Shown one piece after another: positions 10,260-28,317 of a DNA stretch of 64,000 bases. The stretch is from Williopsis jadinii. Lineage: Eukaryota. Position 1 is the first letter of the stretch; each line of letters starts with the position of its first letter. The position numbers were made by a program, and so were the translations under genes. The notes beneath the pieces were generated by a model. The model saw only the letters and a program-made list of their open reading frames with translations, did not search any database and had not been told where the DNA came from. The stretch is from assembly GCA_024346625.1 (NCBI GenBank), contig AP024664.1, positions 2,418,001 to 2,482,000 on the forward strand, in the 5' to 3' direction.

Positions 10260-13160
10260 TAGTGAGTGTCCATTGGGGGCCTGGGTGTCCAGCGGGCGGT
10301 CATTTGGTGATGATTCAGGAGTGAACCAGCGGTGAGTTGATGTCCACGGGTGGCCAGCGGGCCTCCAGGGGACCTCCAGGGGGCCTCTAGGGGATGGATC
10401 GTGGTCTCTAAGGTGGGTCTAGCATGTTTACAGTACATAGATGTGTGGAAGATGTCCATTGGGTGTCTGATTGTTTACTCGGGGTCCATTTGGTGTTGAT
10501 TCAGGGGTGAGTTGATGTCCATGGATGTCCAGGGATGTCCACGGGATGTCCAGCGGGCGTCCATAGGCCTCTAGGGGCGTCCGGTGGCTATATCGTGGTC
10601 TCCAGGGTCTGTCCAGGGTATTCCCAGCCTGTAGTTGTGTAGAAGATGTCCATTGGGTGTCTGATTGTTTACTCCGTGTCCACTTGGTGATGATTCAGCG
10701 GCAGCGAGCGTTGAGGGGGCCTCTAGGGGCCTCCAACGGGAGCCTGGTGGATGGATCGTGGTCTCCAGTGTGTTCCCAGCTTGTAGATGTCCATTGCATG
10801 TCCAATAAGTGTTTGGTTGTTGACCCGCTGTCCATTTGGTGTTGATTCAGGGGCGAGATGATGTTCACGGGGCATCCACAGACCTCTAGCAAGAGCCTGG
10901 TGGATGTATCGTGGTCTCCAGCGTCTGTCCAGGGTATTCCCAGTGTGTAGATGTCCATTGAGTGTCCATTGGTGGCCTTGTTGTTTACACGGTGTCCACT
11001 TGATGATGATTCAGCGGCAAGCGAACGTTGATGGAGCGTCCAACAAGCCTCTAGGGACCTCCAGCGGGAGCCTAGTCGATGCCTAGACATCCTTAGGTGG
11101 TCTCCAGCATCTTCCCTGTTTGTAGTTGTCCATTGAATGTCCATTGGTGGCCTTGTTGTTGACACGGTGTCCACTTGGTGTTGATTCAGCGGCAAGCGAA
11201 CGTCGACGAGGTGGCCACCAGGCATCCACAGACCTCTAGCAAGAGCCTGGTGGGTGGATTGTGGTCGCCAGGGTTGGTCTAGAGTATTTCCAGTGTGTTG
11301 ATGTCCATTGAATGTCCAATAGATGGCTTGTTGTTTACCCGCCGCCCACTCGGTGATGTTTCAGCGGCGAGTTGATGTCCACAGTATGTCCACGGGGCAA
11401 CCATAAGCCTCTAGCGACAGCCTGGTGGATGTATCACGGTCTCTAGCGTCTGTCCAGCGTATTCCCAGCAAGTAGATGTCCAATTGGTGTCCATTGGTGG
11501 CCTTGTTGTTGACACGGTGTCCACTTGATGATGATTCAGCGGCAAGCGAACGTTGATGGGGCCTTCACGCGGCAAACATAAACCTCTAGCGAACGTCCAG
11601 TGGATGGACCGTGGTCTCCAGTGTCTGTTTGGCATGTTCCCAGTACGTTGATGTCCAATTGGTGTCCATTGGTGGCCTTGTTGTTTACACGGTGTCCACT
11701 TGGTGTTGATTCAGCGGCGAGAAAACGTCGACGAGGTGGCCACCAGGCATCCACAGACCTCTAGCGATAGCCTGGTGGATGTATCGTGGTCTCCAGTGTC
11801 TGTTTGGCATGTGTCCAGTGTGTAGGTATCCATTGAATGTCCATTGGTGGCCTTGTTGTTTACCCGCTGTCCATTTGGTGTTGATTCAGGGGCGAGAAAA
11901 CGTCGACGGCGTTGCCACCAGGCATCCGCAGGCCTCTAGCGATAGCCTGGTGGATGGACCGTGGTCTCCAGTGTCTGTTTGGCATGTGTCCAGCATGTAG
12001 ATGTGTGGAAGATGTCCATTGGTGGCCTTGTTGTTTACACGGTGTCCACTTGATGATGATTCAGCGGCGAGAAAACGTCGACGTGGTGGCCACCAGGCAT
12101 CCACAGACCTCTAGCGACAGCCTGGTGGATGTATCGTGGTCTCTAGCGTCTGTCCAAGGTATTCCCAGTGCGTTGATGTCCATTGAATGTCCAATAGATG
12201 GCTTGTTGTTTACACGCCGCCCACTTGATGATGTTTCAGCGGCGAGTTGATGTCCACAGGATGTCCACCAGGCATCCACAGACCTCTAGCGATAGCCTGG
12301 TGGATGTATCGTGGTCTCTAGCGTCTGTTTGGCATGTGTCCAGCCTGTAGTTGTCCAATTGGTGTCCATCGGTGGCCTTGTTGTTTACACCGTGTCCACT
12401 TGATGATGTTTCAGCAGTGAGTTGATGTCCACAGGATGTCCACGGGGCAACCATAAGCCTCTAGCGAACGTCTAGTCGATGTATCGTGGTCTCCAGTGTC
12501 TGTTTGGCATGTGTCCAGTGTGTAGGTATCCGTTGAATGTCCATTGGTGGCCTGATTGTTTACCCGCTGTCCATTTGGTGTTGCTTCAGCGGCGAGAAAA
12601 CGTCGACGGCGTTGCCACCAGGCATCCGCAGGCCTCTATCAAGAGCCTGGTGGATGTATCGTGGCCTCTAGGGATGGTCTAGCGTATTCCCAGTGTGTAG
12701 ATTTCCATTGAATGTCCATTGGTCGCCTCTTTGTTTACCCCCCGCCCGCTTGATGATGTTTCAGCGGCGTGTGGATGTCCACAGGATGTTCACGGGGCAA
12801 ACATAAGCCTCTAGCGAGAGCCTGGTGGGTGGAGCGTGGTCTCCAGTGTCTGTTTGGCACGTGTCCAGCATGTAGATGTGTGGAAGATGTCCATTGGTGG
12901 CCTCGTTGTTTACACGGTGTCCACTTGATGTTGTTTCAGCGGCGAGAAAACGTCGACGGGGCCTCCACGCGGCAAACATAAGCCTCTAGCGATAGCCTGG
13001 TGGATGTATCGTGGCCTCTAGGTTCTGTCCAGCATGTTTCCAATACATAGATGTGTAGAAGATGTCCAACCAGCGCCCCTTTGTTTACCCTCTACCCCCT
13101 TGATGTTCATTCAGGGAAAAGTTTTTTTTTCGCAAATTCAGCGGCGAGAAAACGCCCACG
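10260..13160. repeat. IGS2 ~175-bp satellite, ~16-17 diverged copies
   Basis: The CCTCTA marker recurs every ~175 bp; spurious ORF starts at 11886, 12061 and 12236 are exactly 175 apart. Confidence 0.95.
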
Positions 13161-14519
13161 CGGTGGCCACCGGTTCAGGCATTAGCTCCGATCCAGGTAA
13201 AGTGGCCCCGCCAGCTTGGTGTCCAGCAGTAAATTGGCGCAATTCGGGATCAACCACCCCCATGTGGGGCCCGGAGTTTGACCCATCCTCTAATATCCGC
13301 AACACTTAAATGCTTCCAGAACTCCACACACACATCCTACCACAACCAAAATCACTGTTCCACGCTCACAAAATTCACGCCTTTCCAATGAGACCAAAAT
13401 ACCCTGGTATTTCCACCATTTGGGTTTTTCATTCCATTATTTTACTGTTAACATCTACCCAAATTTTATAATCCGAAAAAGACTCACCTATTCTCGGAGA
13501 TATCCTAAATTAATATATACTATATAATCCCATAACTCGGGAACTAGCAGAGCTTTCGAGCTATAAACACCACTACTGGATAGCTACGCTCCAGAGGTTA
13601 CCTATGGGTTTAAGTTGTTTCCCGGTTTATGGGTGCCCATCTCCCTGGAAAGCAAAACATGGTTTTTAGAGGGCAACCTGCATTTTCTCGGCGAACCCCG
13701 GTTTGTTCCAACTTTATCAAAAGTGGGTCTTTCATGGCCAAACTTGGGTCATATATTCACCTTCAGGAGTAGTACCTATGGTCCAACAGCCATGGATGGG
13801 TGCACTTTGCCCATTGTTCAGGAGGTATAAGTACAAAATTACATGCATAAATGTTGATTTTTGGGTGCCGCCGAGCAACCGGAATTAACCAGAGATGATG
13901 CAAGATGATAGTACTGTGTCAGTTACACCACCTTGGCTTATTAGATCGGTCAAATTCATCGCGCGTGGTGGTGCAATTTGCGTTTAAAGGGTGTATAAAA
14001 TGGCTTTTTGGTGTAAGGATGTTTGGGTGTTTGGATGAAATGTTTGGATGTTTTGGCAGGGTGGTGGGGGCAGGTGGGGGGCATATAATTGGATATTTTG
14101 GGATGGGGGCGATATGTTTGGGGAGTTTTTGGTATGGATCGGGAGGTTGGAGCGTGGTTTGAACCATTGGGCTTGTTGTGGTGTTTATGGCGTTTGTGCT
14201 GGGAGTGCGCTGGCTGTTACAAGTGTTGGGGTGGTCGGATCTGGCTTTCCGGGGTGTTGCCCGTTCCCGAAAAACAAAGTGGGGGCTTAACTATGGGCGC
14301 TTAACTATGGGCGCTTAACTATGGGAGATTCACTATGAGACTTAACTATGGGATCTCTACTATGGGAGCTTCACTATAGGTGGTTAACTATGGGAGTTCC
14401 ACTATAGGTGGTTAACTACGGGGATGGTAGGTGGTGTTGCCCGTTCCCGAAAAACAAACTGGGAGTTAACTATGGGCGTTAACTATGGGGTTCCACTATG
14501 AAGGTCTTTAATTTTTCCT

Positions 14520-15558
14520 GAAGTTATTCGCATCCATGAAAATCTATACTTTCAAGGGGTATTTAATTTTTGTTGATGTAGTGCGCGGCCCAAAAAATCT
14601 ATAGAGGTTAAACTTTGGTGAAGTTATTCGCATCCATGAAAATCTATACTTCCAAGGGGTATTTAATTTTTGTTGATGTAGTGCGCGGCCCAAAAAATCT
14701 ATAGAGGTTAAATTTTGGTGAAGTTACTCGCTTCCATGAAAATCTATACTTTCAAGGGGTATTTAATTTTTGTTGATGTAGTGCGCGGCCCAAAAAATCC
14801 ATAGAGGTTAAATTTTGGTGAAGTTACTCGCTTCCATAAAAATCTATACTTCCAAGGGGTATTTAATTTTTGTTGATGTAGTGCGCGGCCCAAAAAAAAT
14901 CTATAGAGGTTAAATTTTGGTGAAGTTACTCGCTTCCATAAAAATCTATACTTCCAAGGGGTATTTAATTTTTGTTGATGTAGTGCGCGGCCCAAAAAAA
15001 ATCTATAGAGGTTAAATTTTGGTGAAGTTACTCGCTTCCATAAAAATCTATACTTCCAAGGGGTATTTAATTTTTGTTGATGTAGTGCGCGGCCCAAAAA
15101 AAATCTATAGAGGTTAAATTTTGGTGAAGTTATTCGCATCCATGAAAATCTATACTTCCAAGGGGTATTTAATTTTTGTTGATGTAGTGCGCGGCCCAAA
15201 AAATCTATAGAGGTTAAATTTTGGTGAAGTTACTCGCTTCCATGAAAATCTATACTTTCAAGGGGTATTTAATTTTTGTTGATGTAGTGCGCGGCCCAAA
15301 AAATCCATAGAGGTTAAATTTTGGTGAAGTTACTCGCTTCCATAAAAATCTATACTTCCAAGGGGTATTTAATTTTTGTTGATGTAGTGCGCGGCCCAAA
15401 AAAAATCTATAGAGGTTAAATTTTGGTGAAGTTACTCGCTTCCATAAAAATCTATACTTCCAAGGGTTATTTAATTTTTGTTGATGTAGTGCGCGGCCCA
15501 AAAAAAATCTATAGAGGTTAAATTTTGGTGATGTTATTCGCATCCATAAAAATCTATA
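14520..15558. repeat. IGS2 100/102-bp tandem array, 10 copies
   Basis: Ten GTGCGCGGCCC markers. Confidence 0.95.
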
Positions 15559-16934
15559 GGGATTCCATATGGGAGTTCCATGGGGGTTCCATGGAAATCT
15601 TCAATTTTAGTGATGTGGCGCGCGATCTTGAAAATCTAACTACAAGACTTGGTCTATATGGACTGTCTACAATAGATGTTTCCAGTAGATGCCCACCTTT
15701 TTGGTTGGGTTGCGCCCTGTTGAAAAATTCATTTGTAGGTGTTGATGTATAAAGTGTAAGAAGAACAAACCTCTCTAACAATCGACGAGAGGGTGGACTG
15801 AAAACCAAATCCATCGACGGTTGCCCTAAAATGAAAAATTTTTCACTGTTGCTCACACCGGAAAATTTTTTCCATGTTTGCGTCGCTTTTTTGTTGTGCT
15901 GCACGGACCGGAAAAATTTTTCATCTTTGCGTCCCTTTTTTGTTGTGCTGCACGGACCGAAAAATCTCACTTCCGGAACACTCTGAAACCGAATCTCAAT
16001 TTCGGGACGGCCAACAACAAAATATGTGGCCTGTCCCAAAAACGCGTGGCCGAAATCTTGAAAATCCAAAATGTATGAGGCGAACCCAAAACATTGACGC
16101 AGGGTATATGCAGGCGGTAGACGGCGTTGGTATAGCTCTGAGACTACAGACGATTGAAGAATTCAAAATCCAGAAAACACAAGTCCACACCTGATCAGTC
16201 TTCCAAAGATGAAAGAGGCTCGGAGGTACTACATGTGGGAGCGTTTGGACGATTTGAAAAAGTCGTCTGGAGTGGCCCACAGGCCTTGTTGGACGGTGGT
16301 GAAGGTGCTAGTGTGGTCGCCAGACTGTGCTTGCCTTGTACACCGTGTCGACATGGGCGGGGATGGGTTCGTTGGGCATTCGGTAAGTGAAGGGAGACTC
16401 TCCTTCCATCAACAACACCTTCTTTGCCCGTTCTGGGTTTAGGGAGAGACCATAGGGGGGATCCTTTTTCTTTTGATGTTTTTCGGCCTACGCCTGAGCA
16501 GTCCCGTCTGGGAGTTCTTCCACGGGCGGGCACTGAGGGATTTAGTGGACTACTAGCCTATGGCAAGTGTTGTAACTAGAATCCTGGGGGCATACCTGCC
16601 TGGATAACCGTAGCGATACGTGAGTCCAGGCGGCGTGACCTCCTCTCAAGCCAGTGATGCTAAATCCGGGACGCATGAAACACGGCACTGGAGTTTAGCG
16701 GAGCCTGTGCTAGAGGAAATTTAAAGAGGGCTATATGGATGTGTTCTGTTCCCTGCCTGGGTTCTCCAGGCTGGGGGCAAGCACCAGTAGTTCTAATGAA
16801 CTACTGCTTTACCACATAATATCTTCAGGGAGAACTTCTCCCGCTGGAAACGGGGGCGGACCCGGCTCTAGGCAGCGTAGGCACACCGGCCTAGTCAGCT
16901 CCGCCTAGACGACACCCCCTAACCAAAGGATAGT

Positions 16935-18029
16935 TATCTGGTTGATCCTGCCAGTAGTCATATGCTTGTCTCAAAGATTAAGCCATGCATGTCTAAGTAT
17001 AAGCAATTTATACAGTGAAACTGCGAATGGCTCATTAAATCAGTTATAGTTTATTTGATAGTACCTTACTACTTGGATAACCGTGGTAATTCTAGAGCTA
17101 ATACATGCTAAAAACCCCGACTGCTTGGGAGGGGTGTATTTATTAGATAAAAAATCAATGCCCTCGGGCTCTTTGATGATTCATAATAACTTGTCGAATC
17201 GCATGGCTTTACGCCGGCGATGGTTCATTCAAATTTCTGCCCTATCAACTGTCGATGGTAGGATAGTGGCCTACCATGGTGGCAACGGGTAACGGGGAAT
17301 AAGGGTTCGATTCCGGAGAGGGAGCCTGAGAAACGGCTACCACATCCAAGGAAGGCAGCAGGCGCGCAAATTACCCAATCCTAATTCAGGGAGGTAGTGA
17401 CAATAAATAACGATACAGGGCCCTTCTGGGTCTTGTAATTGGAATGAGTACAATGTAAATACCTTAACGAGGAACAATTGGAGGGCAAGTCTGGTGCCAG
17501 CAGCCGCGGTAATTCCAGCTCCAATAGCGTATATTAAAGTTGTTGCAGTTAAAAAGCTCGTAGTTGAACTTTGGGCCTGGCAGGCCGGTCCGCTTTTTGG
17601 CGAGTACTGACCCTGCCGGGCCTTTCCTTCTGGCTACCCTCCCCTCTGGAGAGGCGAACCAGGACTTTTACTTTGAAAAAATTAGAGTGTTCAAAGCAGG
17701 CCTTTGCTCGAATATATTAGCATGGAATAATAGAATAGGACGTTTGGTTCTATTTTGTTGGTTTCTAGGACCATCGTAATGATTAATAGGGACGGTCGGG
17801 GGCATCAGTATTCAGTTGTCAGAGGTGAAATTCTTGGATTTACTGAAGACTAACTACTGCGAAAGCATTTGCCAAGGACGTTTTCATTAATCAAGAACGA
17901 AAGTTAGGGGATCGAAGATGATCAGATACCGTCGTAGTCTTAACCATAAACTATGCCGACTAGGGATCGGGTGTTGTTTTTATAATGACTCACTCGGCAC
18001 CTTACGAGAAATCAAAGTCTTTGGGTTCT

Positions 18030-18098
<69 letters not shown>

Positions 18099-18537
18099 GC
18101 GGCTTAATTTGACTCAACACGGGGAAACTCACCAGGTCCAGACACAATAAGGATTGACAGATTGAGAGCTCTTTCTTGATTTTGTGGGTGGTGGTGCATG
18201 GCCGTTCTTAGTTGGTGGAGTGATTTGTCTGCTTAATTGCGATAACGAACGAGACCTTAACCTACTAAATAGCGCGACTAGCTTTTGCTGGTGCTGACGC
18301 TTCTTAGAGGGACTATCGATTTCAAGTCGATGGAAGTTTGAGGCAATAACAGGTCTGTGATGCCCTTAGACGTTCTGGGCCGCACGCGCGCTACACTGAC
18401 GGAGCCAGCGAGTCTAGCCTTGGCCGAGAGGTCATGGGTAATCTTGTGAAACTCCGTCGTGCTGGGGATAGAGCATTGCAATTATTGCTCTTCAACGAGG
18501 AATTCCTAGTAAGCGCAAGTCATCAGCTTGCGTTGAT

Positions 18538-18583
<46 letters not shown>

Positions 18584-18667
18584 AATGGCTTAGTGAGGCT
18601 TCAGGATTGGCTTATGGCGGGAGGCGACTCCTGCCTGGAGCCGAGAATCTAGTCAAACTTGGTCATT

Positions 18668-18725
<58 letters not shown>
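16935..18725 (+). rRNA. RDN18: 18S rRNA, unit 2
   Basis: Same termini as unit 1, offset 13775. Confidence 0.99.
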
Positions 18726-18865
18726 GAGAACCTGGGCCTGCGCTTCTAGCGCGGCTCCAACCAATACACAGTGTATTTTGCTTCTTTTGCTTTGGCTCTG
18801 CCAAAGGTTTTAAACACAGAAATTTATTTTCTCTAGAAACTAGTCAATTTGAATTTTAATCTTCA

Positions 18866-19023
18866 AAACTTTCAACAACGGATCTCTTGGTTCTCGCAAC
18901 GATGAAGAACGCAGCGAAATGCGATACGTAATGTGAATTGCAGGTTTTCGTGAATCATCGAATCTTTGAACGCATATTGCGCTCTCTGGCATTCCAGAGA
19001 GCATGCCTGTTTGAGCGTCATTT
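18866..19023 (+). rRNA. RDN58: 5.8S rRNA, unit 2
   Basis: Same termini as unit 1. Confidence 0.98.
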
Positions 19024-19199
19024 CTCTCTCAAGATCCTCTAGGGGACTTGGTATTGAGTGATACTCTGTGTTAACTTGAAATACTCTAGGCAGAGCTCCC
19101 CCTAGAAATCCTCTGGGCCGAAATAATGTATTAGGTTCTACCAACTCGTTATTTTCCAGACAGACTTCCAGGCAGAGCTCGGCTGAACAACCTTTCTAA

Positions 19200-22583
<3,384 letters not shown>

Positions 22584-22913
22584 TGTTTCGGCAACTCTAT
22601 TTTTTGCTGGCGGGTGCCAGCTGGGGATAGAGTGTCACACAGTTGCCGTAGGCGACTGTGTATTTGTTTTGGTGACGGTAGGGTAATCTTTGGTGTGAGT
22701 GGTGTAGTTTTTGCTTTTTTGTCACGGGGTGTGTGGGTGTTGTGATGAAGATGGTCTCTGAGGTTTTATGACGGTAGGGTAACAGTTGGTGTGAGTGGTT
22801 GAATTTTTTTTAATTTTTCACCAGAGCTCCCAGGAGGAATTTTTGTTTTTCGTGAGGGGAGGGGGTTTCCACCGGCTAGGCTGGGCTGGGCTTCCAGGCT
22901 GGGCTTAAAAAAG

Positions 22914-23126
22914 TTAGGCGGGTGGTCAGCCTAAAAAGCTAGGCGGGTGGGGTAAGCCTAGAAAGCTAGGCGGGTGGTCAGCCTAAAAAGCTAGGCGGGT
23001 GGGATAAGCCTAGAAAGCTAGGCGGGTGGTCAGCCTAAAATGCTAGGCGGGTGGTCAGCCTAAAATGCTAGGCGGGTGGTCAGCCTAAAATGCTAGGCGG
23101 GATGGGCTTAAAATGTTAGGCGGGTC
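22914..23126. repeat. IGS1 25/27-bp repeat, one more copy than unit 1
   Basis: The offset to unit 1 rises by 25 bp across the block. Confidence 0.9.
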
Positions 23127-23719
23127 CACACTGGGGCACCACAGACACCAAGTCCAAACACTTAGGAAAGACACCCAGACCAGACCAAGACCAACCTATG
23201 GCTACACCAACAGATTCCCACAACGACAACCACGGGAAATGGGAATGTGGCCCCAAAGTGGGATTTTACCAAAACCGTTAGTATGGGGATCCCCCAGGCA
23301 GTGGGAATTTCCGGTTACGAGCGCTGGCGAGGATTTTCTAATTTTGCGAGAAGTGCGACCATCCCTCCGCGCCTGCGCCGCTGCGGGATGGTCATAATGA
23401 TTTAAAAAAACTAGGGGTATCCGGTTCCGCCCCCGTATATAGGTATATATATGTGTGTAGATGGGTGGGTGGTGGTGGTGGTTGACGGGGGGGGAGGGGG
23501 GTTTATATAGTTTTGGGTGGTGTTGGGTGGTCACGTGGGTCACGTGAGTGGTGGGCGGGTGGTGTGTGTGGTGTAAGGGTGTGCAGTCACCGGGCGGGTC
23601 ACGTGGATGGTGTTAGGGCTGGTGTAGGCCACGGCCACCAGCCGGGTAGACTACCCCTTTTGGGACACCGGGTAGACTGCCCCTTTTGGGAAGCCGGTTA
23701 CCCAACTTGGGTAAAAAAA

Positions 23720-23840
23720 AGATTGCAGCACCTGAGTTTCGCGTATGGTCACCCACTACACTACTCGATCAGGCTCTTAGCAGCTTAACTACAGTTGATC
23801 GGACGGGAAACGGTGCTTTCTGCTAGATATGGCCGCAACC
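23720..23840 (-). rRNA. RDN5: 5S rRNA, unit 2
   Basis: Matches the unit 1 5S. Confidence 0.98.
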
Positions 23841-24057
23841 GAAATGGAAGCGCGCGGGGGAGGTTACACTGCTTACACTGCTTACACCGCTTACTAAGCA
23901 GCTTACTAAGAACCGCTTACTAAGACACCGCTTACTAAGCACTGTGTAGATGTAGCAGGTGGGTGTAGGGGTAAGGTCCAGCGGGCCCAGGGCATCCCGG
24001 GGGCTGTCTATAGCGGGAGCTATAGGGCGCGTCGTACGTGGACGTGTAGCAGGTGTG

Positions 24058-26958
24058 TAGTGAGTGTCCATTGGGGGCCTGGGTGTCCAGCGGGCGGTCA
24101 TTTGGTGATGATTCAGGAGTGAACCAGCGGTGAGTTGATGTCCACGGGTGGCCAGCGGGCCTCCAGGGGACCTCCAGGGGGCCTCTAGGGGATGGATCGT
24201 GGTCGCTAAGGTGGGTCTAGCATGTTTACAGTACATAGATGTGTGGAAGATGTCCATTGGGTGTCTGATTGTTTACTCGGGGTCCATTTGGTGTTGATTC
24301 AGGGGTGAGTTGATGTCCATGGATGTCCAGGGATGTCCACGGGATGTCCAGCGGGCGTCTATAGGCCTCTAGGGGCGTCCGGTGGCTATATCGTGGTCTC
24401 CAGGGTCTGTCCAGGGTATTCCCAGCATGTAGTTGTGTAGAAGATGTCCATTGGGTGTCTGATTGTTTACTCCGTGTCCACTTGGTGATGATTCAGCGGC
24501 AGCGAGCGTTGAGGGGGCCTCTAGGGGCCTCCAACGGGAGCCTGGTGGATGGATCGTGGTCTCCAGTGTGTTCCCAGCTTGTAGATGTCCATTGCATGTC
24601 CAATAAGTGTTTGGTTGTTGACCCGCTGTCCATTTGGTGTTGATTCAGGGGCGAGATGATGTTCACGGGGCATCCACAGACCTCTAGCAAGAGCCTGGTG
24701 GATGTATCGTGGTCTCCAGCGTCTGTCCAGGGTATTCCCAGTGTGTAGATGTCCATTGAGTGTCCATTGGTGGCCTTGTTGTTTACACGGTGTCCACTTG
24801 ATGATGATTCAGCGGCAAGCGAACGGTGATGGAGCGTCCAACAAGCCTCTAGGGACCTCCAGCGGGAGCCTAGTCGATGCCTAGACATCCTTAGGTGGTC
24901 TCCAGCATCTTCCCTGTTTGTAGTTGTCCATTGAATGTCCATTGGTGGCCTTGTTGTTGACACGGTGTCCACTTGGTGTTGATTCAGCGGCAAGCGAACG
25001 TCGACGAGGTGGCCACCAGGCATCCACAGACCTCTAGCAAGAGCCTGGTGGGTGGATTGTGGTCGCCAGGGTTGGTCTAGAGTATTTCCAGGGTGTTGAT
25101 GTCCATTGAATGTCCAATAGATGGCTTGTTGTTTACCCGCCGCCCACTCGGTGATGTTTCAGCGGCGAGTTGATGTCCACAGTATGTCCACGGGGCAACC
25201 ATAAGCCTCTAGCGACAGCCTGGTGGATGTATCACGGTCTCTAGCGTCTGTCCAGCGTATTCCCAGCAAGTAGATGTCCAATTGGTGTCCATTGGTGGCC
25301 TTGTTGTTGACACGGTGTCCACTTGATGATGATTCAGCGGCAAGCGAACGTTGATGGGGCCTTCACGCGGCAAACATAAGCCTCTAGCGAACGTCCAGTG
25401 GATGGACCGTGGTCTCCAGTGTCTGTTTGGCATGTTCCCAGTAAGTTGATGTCCAATTGGTGTCCATTGGTGGCCTTGTTGTTTACACGGTGTCCACTTG
25501 GTGTTGATTCAGCGGCGAGAAAACGTCGACGAGGTGGCCACCAGGCATCCACAGACCTCTAGCGATAGCCTGGTGGATGTATCGTGGTCTCCAGTGTCTG
25601 TTTGGCATGTGTCCAGTGTGTAGGTATCCATTGAATGTCCATTGGTGGCCTTGTTGTTTACCCGCTGTCCATTTGGTGTTGATTCAGGGGCGAGAAAACG
25701 TCGACGGCGTTGCCACCAGGCATCCGCAGGCCTCTAGCGATAGCCTGGTGGATGGACCGTGGCCTCCAGTGTCTGTTTGGCATGTGTCCAGCATGTAGAT
25801 GTGTGGAAGATGTCCATTGGTGGCCTTGTTGTTTACACGGTGTCCACTTGATGATGATTCAGCGGCGAGAAAACGTCGACGTGGTGGCCACCAGGCATCC
25901 ACAGACCTCTAGCGACAGCCTGGTGGATGTATCGTGGTCTCTAGCGTCTGTCCAAGGTATTCCCAGTGCGTTGATGTCCATTGAATGTCCAATAGATGGC
26001 TTGTTGTTTACCCGCCGCCCACTTGATGATGTTTCAGCGGCGAGTTGATGTCCACAGGATGTCCACCAGGCATCCACAGACCTCTAGCGATAGCCTGGGG
26101 GATGTATCGTGGTCTCTAGCGTCTGTTTGGCATGTGTCCAGCATGTAGTTGTCCAATTGGTGTCCATCGGTGGCCTTGTTGTTTACACCGTGTCCACTTG
26201 ATGATGTTTCAGCAGTGAGTTGATGTCCACAGGATGTCCACGGGGCAACCATAAGCCTCTAGCGAACGTCTAGTCGATGTATCGTGGTCTCCAGTGTCTG
26301 TTTGGCATGTGTCCAGTGTGTAGGTATCCGTTGAATGTCCATTGGTGGCCTGATTGTTTACCCGCTGTCCATTTGGTGTTGATTCAGCGGCGAGAAAACG
26401 TCGACGGCGTTGCCACCAGGCATCCGCAGGCCTCTATCAAGAGCCTGGTGGATGTATCGTGGCCTCTAGGGATGGTCTAGCGTATTCCCAGTGTGTAGAT
26501 TTCCATTGAATGTCCATTGGTCGCCTCTTTGTTTACCCCCCGCCCGCTTGATGATGTTTCAGCGGCGTGTTGATGTCCACAGGATGTTCACGGGGCAAAC
26601 ATAAGCCTCTAGCGAGAGCCTGGTGGGTGGAGCGTGGTCTCCAGTGTCTGTTTGGCACGTGTCCAGCATGTAGATGTGTGGAAGATGTCCATTGGTGGCC
26701 TCGTTGTTTACACGGTGTCCACTTGATGTTGTTTCAGCGGCGAGAAAACGTCGACGGGGCCTCCACGCGGCAAACATAAGCCTCTAGCGATAGCCTGGTG
26801 GATGTATCGTGGCCTCTAGGTTCTGTCCAGCATGTTTCCAATACATAGATGTGTAGAAGATGTCCAACCAGCGCCCCTTTGTTTCCCCTCTACCCCCTTG
26901 ATGTTCATTCAGGGAAAAGTTTTTTTTTCGCAAATTCAGCGGCGAGAAAACGCCCACG
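24058..26958. repeat. IGS2 ~175-bp satellite, ~16-17 copies
   Basis: Colinear with the unit 1 satellite, offset 13798. Confidence 0.95.
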
Positions 26959-28317
26959 CGGTGGCCACCGGTTCAGGCATTAGCTCCGATCCAGGTAAAG
27001 TGGCCCCGCCAGCTTGGTGTCCAGCAGTAAATTGGCGCAATTCGGGATCAACCACCCCCATGTGGGGCCCGGAGTTTGACACATCCTCTAATATCCGCAA
27101 CACTTAAATGCTTCCAGAACTCCACACACACATCCTACCACAACCAAAATCACTGTTCCACGCTCACAAAATTCACGCCTTTCCAATGAGACCAAAATAC
27201 CCTGGTATTTCCACCATTTGGGTTTTTCATTCCATTATTTTACTGTTAACATCTACCCAAATTTTATAATCCGAAAAAGACTCACCTATTCTCGGAGATA
27301 TCCTAAATTAATATATACTATATAATCCCATAACTCGGGAACTAGCAGAGCTTTCGAGCTATAAACACCACTACTGGATAGCTACGCTCCAGAACTTACC
27401 ACTGGGTTTAAGTTGTTTCCCGGTTTATGGGTGCCCATCTCCCTGGAAAGCAAAACATGGTTTTTAGAGGGCAACCTGCATTTTCTCGGCGAACCCCGGT
27501 TTGTTCCAACTTTATCAAAAGTGGGTCTTTCATGGCCAAACTTGGGTCATATATTCACCTTCAGGAGTAGTACCTATGGTCCAACAGCCATGGATGGGTG
27601 CACTTTGCCCATTGTTCAGGAGGTATAAGTACAAAATTACATGCATAAATGTTGATTTTTGGGTGCCGCCGAGCAACCGGAATTAACCAGAGATGATGCA
27701 AGATGATAGTACTGTGTCAGTTACACCACCTTGGCTTATTAGATCGGTCAAATTCATCGCGCGTGGTGGTGCAATTTGCGTTTAAAGGGTGTATAAAATG
27801 GCTTTTTGGTGTAAGGATGTTTGGGTGTTTGGATGAAATGTTTGGATGTTTTGGCAGGGTGGTGGGGGCAGGGGGGGGGCATATAATTGGATATTTTGGG
27901 ATGGGGGCGATATGTTTGGGGAGTTTTTGGTATGGATCGGGAGGTTGGAGCGTGGTTTGAACCATTGGGCTTGTTGTGGTGTTTATGGCGTTTGTGCTGG
28001 GAGTGCGCTGGCTGTTACAAGTGTTGGTGTGGTCGGATCTGGCTTTCCGGGGTGTTGCCCGTTCCCGAAAAACAAAGTGGGGGCTTAACTATGGGCGCTT
28101 AACTATGGGCGCTTAACTATGGGAGATTCACTATGAGACTTAACTATGGGATCTCTACTATGGGAGCTTCACTATAGGTGGTTAACTATGGGAGTTCCAC
28201 TATAGGTGGTTAACTACGGGGATGGTAGGTGGTGTTGCCCGTTCCCGAAAAACAAACTGGGAGTTAACTATGGGCGTTAACTATGGGGTTCCACTATGAA
28301 GGTCTTTAATTTTTCCT

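Noticed and set aside
10025..13309. ORFs of 60-176 aa in the 175-bp satellite
   Set aside because: They are by-products of the repeat period (175 is not a multiple of 3) and have no recognisable domains.
14744..15543. Repetitive ORFs (RALHQQKLNTPWKYRF...) in the 100/102-bp array
   Set aside because: They stay open only across 102-bp monomers, and their length follows repeat number.
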